Position numbers and translations under genes: made by a program
Shown: positions 28,960 through 38,393 of the stretch, piece after piece
Layout of the letters: every line of letters begins with the position of its first letter
Position numbering within the stretch: the first letter of the stretch is position 1
NCBI GenBank assembly: GCA_043101845.1
Contig: JBICHN010000011.1
Location: 913,678 to 977,677 of the forward strand
Reading direction: 5' to 3'
DNA length: 64,000 bases
Source of the DNA: Phycisphaerales bacterium
GTDB lineage: Bacteria; Planctomycetota; Phycisphaerae; Phycisphaerales; UBA5793
The notes under the pieces: model-generated
The model's database searches: none
What the model was told of the DNA's origin: nothing
What the model saw: the letters and a program-made list of their open reading frames with translations, nothing else

Positions 28960-29379
28960 ATGAAGACCTATCGCAAAGAACTCTGGTTTAATGTCCCGGC
29001 GAGGCGAGGATTCGTGAACATCACCGGAGAGGTCGAAGAGGCGGTCCGGGAGTCCGGCGTTCGGGAGGGGCTCTGCCTTGTCAACGCCATGCACATCACC
29101 GCCAGCGTGTTCATCAATGACAATGAGTCGGGGTTACACCACGACTACGAGAAGTGGCTCGAAGGTCTCGCGCCGCACGCCCCGATCGACCAGTACCACC
29201 ACAACGACACGGGCGAAGACAACGCCGACGCCCATCTCAAAAGACAGATCATGGGCCGCGAGGTCGTCGTGGCGATTACCGACGGAGCCCTCGACTTCGG
29301 CCCCTGGGAGGCGATCTTCTACGGCGAGTTCGATGGCCGGCGGAGGAAGCGCGCCCTGATCAAGATCATCGGGGATTGA
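28960..29379 (+). CDS. yjbQ: YjbQ/UPF0047 secondary thiamine-phosphate synthase family
   Basis: [29 protein letters not shown]; TACCAT lies 6 nt before ATG 28960. Confidence 0.9.
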   Translation: MKTYRKELWFNVPARRGFVNITGEVEEAVRESGVREGLCLVNAMHITASVFINDNESGLHHDYEKWLEGLAPHAPIDQYHHNDTGEDNADAHLKRQIMGREVVVAITDGALDFGPWEAIFYGEFDGRRRKRALIKIIGD

Positions 29380-29384
29380 CGGCC

Positions 29385-29666
29385 TCAGGGACCGATCTGC
29401 ATTTCGACGATGGTTCCGGTCGTCGTAACAATCCAGGTCCTCCATTCGCCGTCAATCTTCCGCCCGACCATCATCGCGGTCGTCTCGTGGAAGGGCACGG
29501 CGAAGATTTCATCCGACATCCCGCCGGGCAGAGCGCCGACCTGGGCGACCGCGGCCTGATCGGGGAACAGGTTGGCGCCGCCGGCGCTTCCGATCAGATA
29601 GCCAGTCGCCAGTAGACCCGCTCCCGCGAGGCCGTACACGATTCGTTCGGTTCCGTTCTTCGACAT
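29385..29666 (-). CDS. Small hypothetical exported/membrane protein
   Basis: SD AGGAG, N-terminal hydrophobic segment, fills the gap between yjbQ and the macrodomain gene. Confidence 0.6.
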   Translation of the reverse strand: MSKNGTERIVYGLAGAGLLATGYLIGSAGGANLFPDQAAVAQVGALPGGMSDEIFAVPFHETTAMMVGRKIDGEWRTWIVTTTGTIVEMQIGP

Positions 29667-29708
29667 GAGTAGCGGCTCCTGTAAGAGATTGGCTTCGAGC
29701 GACGCTCG

Positions 29709-30284
29709 TCATTCCCTGATCTGGCGGCGCGCCTCGGACTCGAAGATTCCGGTCGCCGCTCGATCGATATGGCAAATACGCAGTTCTCGCAACGCGTTCG
29801 GGCCCTCGTGTTTGAGTGCGAGAGAGCGGACCGTTTCGACGAACACCCGGGCGCAACGGTCCATGGGAAAGCCGAAGACCCCGGCGGAGATCGTCGGAAA
29901 TGAGATCCGTCGCAGGTCGTGTCGGGCGGCGAGTTCGGTCGAGGCGCGAATTGCGGACGCCAGCTTCGCGTCTTCGTCGCCACTTCCCCAGATTGGACCG
30001 ACCGCATGGATGACATGGCGGTGGGGGAGGTCGCCCGCCGTCGTGATCGCCGCAGATCCGGTCTTCACCGGACCATGACGATGGACCCACTCGCGACTTG
30101 CCTCAACGAGCGCGGGTCCGGCCGTGCGAGCGATGACCGCCGCGACGCCTCCGCCGTGCTCGAGCCGCTCGTTCGCCGCGTTCACGATCGCGTCGACCGG
30201 CTCCTCGGTCAGATCACCGTGAATGATGCGGAAGAGCAACCCGCATGGGAACTCATACTCGTATCGAATGGTCGATTTCACCAT
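29709..30284 (-). CDS. Macro domain protein (ADP-ribose binding/hydrolase, YmdB-like)
   Basis: GDLTEEPVDAIVNAAN, HGGGVA, HAVGP, FPTISAGVFGFP. Confidence 0.9.
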   Translation of the reverse strand: MVKSTIRYEYEFPCGLLFRIIHGDLTEEPVDAIVNAANERLEHGGGVAAVIARTAGPALVEASREWVHRHGPVKTGSAAITTAGDLPHRHVIHAVGPIWGSGDEDAKLASAIRASTELAARHDLRRISFPTISAGVFGFPMDRCARVFVETVRSLALKHEGPNALRELRICHIDRAATGIFESEARRQIRE

Positions 30285-30375
30285 GCGCTTCCTCGCCGAC
30301 ATCGTACACGGGCAAGGCGGATTCCGCGCACAGGGTCGGCGCATACGATCGTCGCGCGCACTACGATCACCTTCC

Positions 30376-31236
30376 ATGCCACGACGCGGACGACGACGCA
30401 CACCGAAGCACGACTACGCCGACAAGTCTCGCGGCATCCGCCTCCAGAAGGCGCTCGCCGAGGCCGGCGTGGACTCGCGCCGTCACTGCGAGGAACTCAT
30501 CGAGGAGGGGCGCGTCGCGGTGAACGGGCAGGTCGTAAAGACCCTGCCCGCTTGGGTTGACCCGGCGGAGGATCGGATCACCGTTGATGGTCGACCGATT
30601 CGCAAGGCGCGTCGAGACGGGGCGCGGTCGGGCGAACTCCTCTATCTCATGCTCCACAAGCCGAAGAACACGGTCTGCACGAACAGCGATCCGGAAGGCC
30701 GCCGTCGCGCGATCGACCTCGTGGATCATCCGCGGAAGCCGCGTCTGTTTTGTGTCGGTCGGCTCGACGCCGATTCGACCGGCCTTCTGCTCTTTACGAA
30801 CGACGGCGAGCTGGCGAACCAGCTGACCCATCCAAGCTTTGAAGTCCATAAGAGCTACGAGGTGGTCGTCCGGGGATCGCTCGACAGCGACGCGGTGCAG
30901 AAGCTGCAGGACGGAATCTTTCTCGCTGATCGACGCAGTCGTTCGGCGAGCCGGACCGAGCCGGTGCGGCTCAAGCTCATCAAGCGCGATCGTGAACGGA
31001 CCACGATTCTCATGGAGTTGCGTGAGGGTCGCAATCGCCAGATTCGCCGCATGATGGCGAGTCTCGGGCATCCGGTGAAGAAGCTCACCCGGGTACGACT
31101 CGGGCCCCTCCGGCTCAAGGGGGTCGCGGTCGGCGAATGGAGGCCGCTCACTCCCGCGGAGATTCGGTCGCTCAAACGGGCGGCGCGAATCGGCGGGAAC
31201 AAGAAGGAAGCTTCGTCCAAGGCCTCGCGTCGCTGA
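30376..31236 (+). CDS. rRNA pseudouridine synthase (RluB/RsuA family)
   Basis: S4 domain RLQKALAEAG...RRHCEELIEEGRV, GRLDADSTGLLL, EGRNRQIRRM. Confidence 0.9.
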   Translation: MPRRGRRRTPKHDYADKSRGIRLQKALAEAGVDSRRHCEELIEEGRVAVNGQVVKTLPAWVDPAEDRITVDGRPIRKARRDGARSGELLYLMLHKPKNTVCTNSDPEGRRRAIDLVDHPRKPRLFCVGRLDADSTGLLLFTNDGELANQLTHPSFEVHKSYEVVVRGSLDSDAVQKLQDGIFLADRRSRSASRTEPVRLKLIKRDRERTTILMELREGRNRQIRRMMASLGHPVKKLTRVRLGPLRLKGVAVGEWRPLTPAEIRSLKRAARIGGNKKEASSKASRR

Positions 31237-31294
31237 CGCCTTGGTGGCCACGGAATGTGCCTTTCGCGCGCCTGTCCTCTACACTCCCCGCGCT

Positions 31295-32305
31295 ATGACG
31301 ACGACGATGATCGACACGCTCGGGGCCCTCGAATCCGACGGGCTTGCTTCACTCGACGAGGCGAATGACGCCGACGGGCTCGAGGCCTGGCGCATCGAGT
31401 ATCTCGGCACGAAGGGCCGTCTCAAGAAGGCCATGGCCGGGATGCGCGAGGTCCCGAAAGAGGAAAAGCCCGCCGTCGGACAACGGGCGAACGCGGTGAA
31501 GGAGACGCTCGAAGCAGCGTATGAGTCGAAGAAGGCGACGCTTGGCGCCGGCTCCGGAAGCGGCGCCAGGCGAAGCGGTCCGATGCTCGATGTCACGCTT
31601 CCGGGAGTCGATCTTGGTCTCGGTCGCCGCCACATTCTGAGCCGCGTGATGGACGACCTTGCCGAGGTCTTCGCGCGCATGGGCTTCCGTGTCGCGGAAG
31701 GACCGGAAGTCGAAGACGAGTGGCACAACTTCGTCGCCCTGAACATTCCCGAAGATCATCCCGCGCGTGACCCGCTCGAGAATTTCTATATCGACGGGAA
31801 GCATCTCCTGCGCACTCAGACTTCGACGGTCCAGATTCGAGCCATGGAGAACACGCCGCCACCGATTCGCGTCGTTTCGATGGGGCGCGTCTACCGGCCG
31901 GACGAGGTTGATGCGACGCACTCGTTCATGTTCCACCAGATCGAAGGTCTCTATGTGGACCGCAATGTGTCGGTCGTCGATCTGAAGACGACGCTGCTTC
32001 AGTTCGCGCACGCGTACTTCGGCGCCGAAGCCGAGGTTCGTCTTGTGCCGAGCTTCTTCCCCTTCACCGAGCCGTCCGCGGAGCTCTATATCAAGATGCA
32101 GGTGAAGGGCGAGTGGCAGTGGGTCGAGCTTGGCGGCTGCGGGATGGTCGACCCGAATGTCTTTGAAGCGGTGGGATACGACCCCGAGGAGTGGACGGGT
32201 TTCGCGTTCGGCCTCGGGATCGAACGCATCGCCATGCGCAAGTACAACATCCCCGACATCCGGTGGTTCTTCGAGAACGATCTGCGCTTTCTGCGGAAGT
32301 TCTGA
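31295..32305 (+). CDS. pheS: Phenylalanine-tRNA ligase alpha subunit
   Basis: YLGTKG, HNFVALNIPEDHPARD, LRTQTS, DATHSFMFHQIEG, FFPFTEPS, FAFGLGIERIAM. Confidence 0.97.
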   Translation: MTTTMIDTLGALESDGLASLDEANDADGLEAWRIEYLGTKGRLKKAMAGMREVPKEEKPAVGQRANAVKETLEAAYESKKATLGAGSGSGARRSGPMLDVTLPGVDLGLGRRHILSRVMDDLAEVFARMGFRVAEGPEVEDEWHNFVALNIPEDHPARDPLENFYIDGKHLLRTQTSTVQIRAMENTPPPIRVVSMGRVYRPDEVDATHSFMFHQIEGLYVDRNVSVVDLKTTLLQFAHAYFGAEAEVRLVPSFFPFTEPSAELYIKMQVKGEWQWVELGGCGMVDPNVFEAVGYDPEEWTGFAFGLGIERIAMRKYNIPDIRWFFENDLRFLRKF

Positions 32306-32312
32306 GGCGCGG

Positions 32313-33941
32313 TCAGTCGGGGGCGGCCAGCGTTCGACCCCGAAGGAGTTCGGCCGCGAGCGGCGTGAGGTACTGCCGCGCAATCCATTCAACCACCGGA
32401 ACGCAAACCGCGTCGCCAAACCCGAAGAGCGCCTTGTTCAGCGTCGTGTTGATCACGAAGTCATCGGGAGCGCCCTGGAGACGCGCGCATTCGCGCGCCG
32501 TAAGCAGCCGCACCCGGTAATGTCCGCAACCTGCTGCGAAGAGAATCTGCCGGGCGCTCCCGCCACGCGGTGTGCGAAGGCAACCTGCAATCCCATCAGT
32601 GCGCAATTCCGCCATCGATCGGCCGCGTCGTATACGCCGAAACGCGGTCGCGTATGACCATGTGGTCCCCGCGATCATTTCGTTTGCGATTTCCCGGTGC
32701 CGCTCGCTCATCTGATTGAGAAAGTACGCCGCCCGGTCTTCGTTCCACCAGTGCGGATCATCCTCCGGAAGGTCTTCCAGAATGTCATCGAGGCCGGCGT
32801 GGCGATCAGGTGGACCGGGGAGGCAGCGAAGCGACCAGTCGAGATGCTCATGCGAACGAATGAACTCGACGATGGCATCCGGACGAAGGTCATCGGATTC
32901 GAGATCGCCAGCATTGATGACCTCATCGTTCGCTTCCGACGGACGGGCGATGATGAAGAGTCGTGGTCGACTCTGCGGCGCGAATCGGTCGGCGTTCAGT
33001 GTGAACAGATCGATGGCGTAGCCGAGTTTATTCAGCGATCGAAGCGCGGCGTCAAGATCTCGTCCTCCGCGTGATCGGAGAAACCCGAGCACATTCTCGA
33101 AGAGAACAAGCGGCGGCTTCCGGTCGCCGAGTTCGTCGAGCAGGCGGGTGACCGCCCAGAACGCCCCGGAGTGGTCGCCGTCCAGTCCGCGCCGGGCGCC
33201 GGCGATCGAGAGGTCGGTGCAGGGAAATGAGGCGGTCACAAGACCCGCCGCGGGAAGGTCGGCGCCTCGCAATCCATGAATGTCACCCAAGAGGAATCCA
33301 TTATCGCCGAAGTTCCCCTCGTACATGTCGAACTTGTCGGCGTCGATGTCGTTCGCGAAGATGGTCTGCCATCCCGCCTGATCGAGCGCAAGGCGAACGA
33401 GACCGATTCCGGCGAAGAATTCGACGACGCTTCGATTCGCCAACTGGTCGTAGGCAAAGCCGGAACCGTGCGCTTCCGCACGAACGGCGTTAACGACGGA
33501 GTCGACACATCGATCGAGATCGTTCTTCAGATCGCTCTCCCACACCCGCAAAACGCGCCAGCCACGGTCGAGGAGGGTCGCGGTATTCGAGAAGTCGCGT
33601 GACCGGTTTCGTTGAATCTTGCGCCGCCAGTAGTCGGCGTTGTTGATTGATCCGACCTGCTCGTCGATCGACCGGAGACCGCGGCGCCGCCATTGATTGC
33701 CATGCCAGTAGTCGCCGTCAACAAAGACGGCGAGTCTCGGCCCGGGAAACACAATGTCCGGCTTACCCGGCAGCTTCGACTCACAGACGCGGAATCGAAG
33801 CCCCTCTTTGAAGAGAGCCGATCGAAACGCCTTTTCCGGCGCGGTATCCCGCCCGCGCACGCGCGACATGATGACGGATACTACGTCGTCGGTGCGCGGA
33901 CGCGACTTGCCGAGTGGGGTTGAAGTGGTCGACTCAGACAT
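32313..33941 (-). CDS. Fusion of Vsr very-short-patch-repair endonuclease and C5 DNA cytosine methyltransferase
   Basis: N-terminal MSRVRGRDTAPE, LPGKPD, FVDGDYWHG, KIQRNRSRD, GWRVLRVWE; then FFAGIG, SFPCTDLS, ENV, QSRPRLF, FGDAVCVP in one frame. Confidence 0.92.
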   Translation of the reverse strand: MSESTTSTPLGKSRPRTDDVVSVIMSRVRGRDTAPEKAFRSALFKEGLRFRVCESKLPGKPDIVFPGPRLAVFVDGDYWHGNQWRRRGLRSIDEQVGSINNADYWRRKIQRNRSRDFSNTATLLDRGWRVLRVWESDLKNDLDRCVDSVVNAVRAEAHGSGFAYDQLANRSVVEFFAGIGLVRLALDQAGWQTIFANDIDADKFDMYEGNFGDNGFLLGDIHGLRGADLPAAGLVTASFPCTDLSIAGARRGLDGDHSGAFWAVTRLLDELGDRKPPLVLFENVLGFLRSRGGRDLDAALRSLNKLGYAIDLFTLNADRFAPQSRPRLFIIARPSEANDEVINAGDLESDDLRPDAIVEFIRSHEHLDWSLRCLPGPPDRHAGLDDILEDLPEDDPHWWNEDRAAYFLNQMSERHREIANEMIAGTTWSYATAFRRIRRGRSMAELRTDGIAGCLRTPRGGSARQILFAAGCGHYRVRLLTARECARLQGAPDDFVINTTLNKALFGFGDAVCVPVVEWIARQYLTPLAAELLRGRTLAAPD

Positions 33942-34089
33942 CCGTGCTCTTTTCGGGCGACGGCGAAGATCGGCAACTCGTCGCATGCTACGAATCGGCG
34001 CCCGCTCGTCAACGCGTCGGGCGCCCGTTAACGAACACGGGTCGCCCCTCCGGCGACCCGCATCCATCTGAAAGTCGGGACAATTGCGC

Positions 34090-36201
34090 TCACACGGCAG
34101 GGGCCGGCGCCGCGGCGCGGTCGGGAAGCACCGTGGTGTCCGTTCGATCACCGGGCAGCGCGACTCCGTGCTCCTCACCATACCGCACGAGGCGGAAGCT
34201 GTTTCCGATCACGAACACATCCGCGAGGCCGTGCCAGACCGCCGCGAGGAAGACGGTGAATTCGCCGAGCTGACCGCTCGCCGCGAACGCGAGTCCGACA
34301 AGAGCGATGATGATCGACGCGATGATATTCTGCGTGATCACGCCGCGCGTCTTCCGCGCGAGTTCGACGAGAAACGGCAGGCGCGACAACTCGTCGTTCA
34401 TGAGCGCGACGCCGGCGGAGTTCGCTGCGATATCCGTGCCACCAAGCCCCATGGCGACGCCGACATCCGACGCCGCAAGCGACGGCCCGTCGTTGATCCC
34501 GTCGCCGACCATCATGACATGGCGACCATTTCGCGTGAGTTCCACGATCGCGGCGTGCTTCTCGTCCGGATGGCATTCGGCTTCAATGCGATCGATCCCG
34601 ACGACCTGGGCGACCCGGTTCGCGACCGGGGCACGATCGCCGGTAAACATGTGGACCTGCCGCACGCCGAGTTGACGGAGTTCGGCGATCGCTTCCGCCG
34701 CCTTCGGACGCACGCGATCTTCAAGACCCACGGCGCCAAGATAACGGCCGCCCTTCATGACATGAACGCCGGTCATGCCGCCGATCTTGTTCTCGACGGC
34801 TTCGACATCGGCGCGGGCTCCGGGATTCATCTCGAGCAGCCACTTCGCCCGGCCGGCGTAGAGTTCGCCGTCCGGTCGCTGAACCTTGACGCCCAGGCCA
34901 TGCACTTCTTCCGCGTGCCCGTCGTTCGCCACCTCGATTCGGGCCGCTTTCGCCGTTTCCATGATCGCGAGCGCGAGCGGGTGGTTCGAATGCCGCTCCG
35001 CCGCGGCGGCCGCGGCGAGTAGGTCGGCGCCCTCGACCCCCTCCGCGGGGGCCAGGCGGCTCACCGCAAACTTTCCGGTCGTGATCGTTCCGGTCTTGTC
35101 GAGCACAACGGTGTCGACGGACGCCGCCGCCTCGAGCGTGCTCGTGTTCTTGATCATGATGCCGAGACGCGCCGCCGACGCGAATGCCGCGACCATCGCG
35201 GTCGGGGACGCGAGCAGCAGGGCGCCTGGACAGGTCACGACCAGCACCGCAATCGCTTTCTCCGTCGCCGACACACCCTCGGCGCCACCGGTCTTGTCCG
35301 GCGACAGGATGAATACGGCCAGCGCGATCATGAGCACGATCCAGACATAGTGTCCGGCGACAATCTCGATGATCTGCTGCCGCGGCGTCTTGGACAGTTC
35401 GGCTTCGTTGATGAGCGTGACGACCTTGCCGATCGTCGTATCGATGCCAAGCCGCGTCACTTCCGCTTCGATGCTGCCCGTCAGATTCGTCGTCCCCGCG
35501 TAGACCGGGTCGCCGGTCTCGACTTCAACGGGCGCCGATTCGCCCGTGAGACTCGCCTGATTAATCGAGGTACGGCCGGTCACCACCGTGCCGTCGGCGG
35601 GGAAGTTTTCGCCCGGACGAACCCGGATGACCGTGCCAATTCGGACTTCTTCGAGCGGAACGATGCGTTCTTCGCCGTCGACCACGACGCGGGCGGTGTC
35701 CGGCGTCAGGTGGACGAGCTGCTCGATCGCCTTGTGGGCGCCCCACGCCGTGCGGCGAAGGATGGCGTCCATCATGAACAGAATAAAGGCGAGCGCCCCG
35801 GCCGTGACATACTCACCCGTCGCAAGCGCCGCGCTGATCGCGATCGTCACCAGGAACGAGGTCGACGGCCGGCCGCGTTGCATTTCGCGCCAGGCGCCGC
35901 GGAAAAGCGGAACCCAGAGGATCAGTGCGCCGACGACCGCGGGAATCTGGCGAATTTCGTCATCGATCCCGAGGTACTTCGCCACGAAGGTCGACAGCAC
36001 CATGGCGCCGCCAAGAAGGGCCAGAATAATGGCGCCCTCGGCGTTGCTCGAGGTATTGTGAATCTCACAACACTCCACATGCTTCATCGCATCGAGATCG
36101 TGATGCCGCGGGTGGTCATGATCGTGATGGTGATGATCATGCCCGTGGTGATGGTGGTGGCCATGATCGTCGTGGTGGCTCGCGGCGTCAGCCTGTGCCA
36201 T
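34090..36201 (-). CDS. P1B-type heavy-metal ATPase with His-rich N-terminus
   Basis: TGES, CPG at the CPx site, DKTGT, HP, GDGIND; 19 His in the first 48 aa; SD GAGGAG. Confidence 0.92.
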   Translation of the reverse strand: MAQADAASHHDDHGHHHHHGHDHHHHDHDHPRHHDLDAMKHVECCEIHNTSSNAEGAIILALLGGAMVLSTFVAKYLGIDDEIRQIPAVVGALILWVPLFRGAWREMQRGRPSTSFLVTIAISAALATGEYVTAGALAFILFMMDAILRRTAWGAHKAIEQLVHLTPDTARVVVDGEERIVPLEEVRIGTVIRVRPGENFPADGTVVTGRTSINQASLTGESAPVEVETGDPVYAGTTNLTGSIEAEVTRLGIDTTIGKVVTLINEAELSKTPRQQIIEIVAGHYVWIVLMIALAVFILSPDKTGGAEGVSATEKAIAVLVVTCPGALLLASPTAMVAAFASAARLGIMIKNTSTLEAAASVDTVVLDKTGTITTGKFAVSRLAPAEGVEGADLLAAAAAAERHSNHPLALAIMETAKAARIEVANDGHAEEVHGLGVKVQRPDGELYAGRAKWLLEMNPGARADVEAVENKIGGMTGVHVMKGGRYLGAVGLEDRVRPKAAEAIAELRQLGVRQVHMFTGDRAPVANRVAQVVGIDRIEAECHPDEKHAAIVELTRNGRHVMMVGDGINDGPSLAASDVGVAMGLGGTDIAANSAGVALMNDELSRLPFLVELARKTRGVITQNIIASIIIALVGLAFAASGQLGEFTVFLAAVWHGLADVFVIGNSFRLVRYGEEHGVALPGDRTDTTVLPDRAAAPAPAV

Positions 36202-36445
36202 GAACCCGGTCTCCTCGTCTTGGATGGGCGGGGTCGACGGTTGAAATCGTCCCTGAAATGCGGTCTACGGTAGCGGCGAGGCGAATCGGCGTCCAACGCC
36301 GAACGCGCACGCTCTCCGCTGATCTCAGATCTACGCAGGAACCAAGGCCGCGGTTCGGCGTGGCGCCGGACGCCGCCGCCGCCCGGTACCATACGATAGA
36401 GACTCACGAGACTGCGAAGCCGACGCCCGCCGGAGATGACCCGCG

Positions 36446-36739
36446 ATGCCAACTTATGTCTACCAGGAGATTCTGCCCGATGGTTCCGAGGGCGAGGTGT
36501 TCGAGGTCGTGCAGAAGATGTCCGATCCGCCCCTTGCGACCCATCCGGAAACCGGAAACGCGGTCGAGCGGATCATTCAGCCGCCGTACATTCCCGGGCA
36601 GGGCAGCGATCATCACAAGAAGAATCTGCTGAGCAACAAGAACCTCGACCGGCTCGGGTTCACGAAGTACGAGCGCGCCGGCGACGGCAAGTACGAGAAA
36701 AAGGCCGGCAAGGGCCCGAATGTGATCAGCGCCGACTGA
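36446..36739 (+). CDS. FmdB-like zinc-ribbon-family small protein lacking cysteines
   Basis: MPTYVY...FEVVQKMSDPPL..HPETG..VERII follows the FmdB pattern; SD GGAG. Confidence 0.75.
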   Translation: MPTYVYQEILPDGSEGEVFEVVQKMSDPPLATHPETGNAVERIIQPPYIPGQGSDHHKKNLLSNKNLDRLGFTKYERAGDGKYEKKAGKGPNVISAD

Positions 36740-36759
36740 TCGCGGGAGGATCGGGCTTC

Positions 36760-38052
36760 TTACCCTACTTCGCGAGTCTGGAAGAGGATGACCGCGAGGC
36801 TGAGCAACCCGGTGATGTAGATGGCGCTGTATCCAGCGAGCAACGCCATGTGCCGGAGGGGAATGATGTGTCGTTGCGTCAGCGGGTCGATGAGGATCAG
36901 GAACTGGAAGTTCGGCAGGATCGCCCAGGCGACGCGCCAACCCTGATTCACCTCGGGCGGCCCTGAGAGCAGGTAATCTCCCGCCCGCGGCACACGGCTC
37001 ACCGGACCATCACCGATCCGAACGAGTTCGGCTTCCCGCTGGTTCAGGTTGCGGACCTGAACGGCCGACCCCTCGTCCCGCCGAATCACGGTGCTCAAGC
37101 CGACCGGGTCCGCCGCAATGTCGACCTCCATCCCTTCGCGGAGATCAACTCCGCGGTCGACCTTGATCAGGTAGTAGTCCCCGTCATCGCTGAAATCATC
37201 GTCGGTGTCGCGACCGTATTCAATCTCGGTGATCGTCGCGACGGACTTCGTCTCGTAGACACGCTGTCCGAAGAGGTAGTCGCTCAGGAGCCCGGCCATG
37301 AAGACGCCGACACAGACAAAAATGGTCATGACCTGGCCGAGCCGCGCGGACGCGGCGATCGCGACCGCCGTCATCACGAGCAGCGCCATTCCGAGCGCCA
37401 CGAGGGCGAGAATCATTTGTGGATCGAGGTCGGGCGAGACCCAGTGGTTGTACTGCGCCTGAAAGAGCTGGAACTGCCAGGTCTTGTCGAAGGCGAGCAC
37501 GAGCAGCCACGCGATGATGGACAGCGGAAGCAGGGCCCCGATCGCGACGCTGTTGAACATCCAGTCGTAAAAGTAGTTTCCCCAGATCCCGAGCGCGACG
37601 GCGAGCCCGATGGCGCCGAACCCGAAGACGATGACCGGCCAGTCCCACTCGTCGCCGGCCCGCTGGAGCACCTCGTGCCGCACGGTCATCATGAACGCGA
37701 TCGAAAGAATGACGGCCGCGACGAGGATCGCCGCGGAGACGCCGAGATACTTGCCGAAGATGAAAATTGGCCTCCCCACCGGTTTGGAAACGACGGTCAG
37801 GGCGGTCTTCTTCTCGATCTCCTCGGCGAGCACGCTTGTCGCCGTAAACGCCGCGATGACGAGACCGCAGACGAATATGGTCGCCATGCCCATGTCGAGC
37901 AGAAGCTTATTGTCATCCTTGAGCGTGAAGGTGCTCAGTCCGAGGTTCATCATGAGGCCAAGCACACCGACGCCGATCATGATGATGAAAATCGGTTGCC
38001 GTATGCTTTCGATGAAGGTGTTCCGAGCGATCGCGAAGAGCTGTCCGATCAT
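36760..38052 (-). CDS. ABC-2-type permease subunit with extracytoplasmic insertion
   Basis: IARNTFIESIRQP, EEIEKKTALTVVSKPVGR..FIFGKYLG, LPNFQ, C-terminal FQTREV. Confidence 0.8.
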   Translation of the reverse strand: MIGQLFAIARNTFIESIRQPIFIIMIGVGVLGLMMNLGLSTFTLKDDNKLLLDMGMATIFVCGLVIAAFTATSVLAEEIEKKTALTVVSKPVGRPIFIFGKYLGVSAAILVAAVILSIAFMMTVRHEVLQRAGDEWDWPVIVFGFGAIGLAVALGIWGNYFYDWMFNSVAIGALLPLSIIAWLLVLAFDKTWQFQLFQAQYNHWVSPDLDPQMILALVALGMALLVMTAVAIAASARLGQVMTIFVCVGVFMAGLLSDYLFGQRVYETKSVATITEIEYGRDTDDDFSDDGDYYLIKVDRGVDLREGMEVDIAADPVGLSTVIRRDEGSAVQVRNLNQREAELVRIGDGPVSRVPRAGDYLLSGPPEVNQGWRVAWAILPNFQFLILIDPLTQRHIIPLRHMALLAGYSAIYITGLLSLAVILFQTREVG

Positions 38053-38316
38053 CGGGCGCGGCTTTCTCGGTGAGAGCGGGAGCGGGGGAGGAGACGCGTG
38101 AGGCGTCCCCGGGAGCTGCGGCGAGGAACGGCGTCGTTCCGAGTCGGTGAATCACCCGCCGCGAGCCGCGACGGACCCGCGCTTTTCTACGCGGCGGCGT
38201 GAACCTTAGAAGCGTACGCGGCGTACCGCAAGCGAGTTCGCCGGGTGTTCGGCGCCAGAGTCGATGTGGAAGCCGCCATCTTTCGCGGCTCATCTCCGCC
38301 CACAACCTTCCGTGAA

Positions 38317-38345
38317 TTGACACCTTTAAGGCCAAGGTTTATCCT
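38317..38345 (+). promoter_or_regulatory. Sigma70-type promoter for the SPFH/ABC operon
   Basis: TTGACA (38317-38322), 17 nt, TATCCT (38340-38345); 48 nt before ATG 38394. Confidence 0.65.
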
Positions 38346-38393
38346 TCCCGCCGCTCTGCAGTCCCCCGAACCAATACGAAGAGTCGCTGCCGG

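Noticed and set aside
33942-34181. 80-aa N-terminal extension of the Vsr-MTase
   Set aside because: It overlaps the P1B-ATPase 3' end; Vsr similarity begins after ATG 33941.
36110-36180. CAT/CAC-rich stretch as a DNA tandem repeat
   Set aside because: Explained by the His-rich metal-binding N-terminus of the ATPase.
38053-38393. ncRNA or tRNA in the 340-bp divergent intergenic region
   Set aside because: No cloverleaf or recognisable RNA family; only a promoter could be supported. An Rfam scan would settle it.
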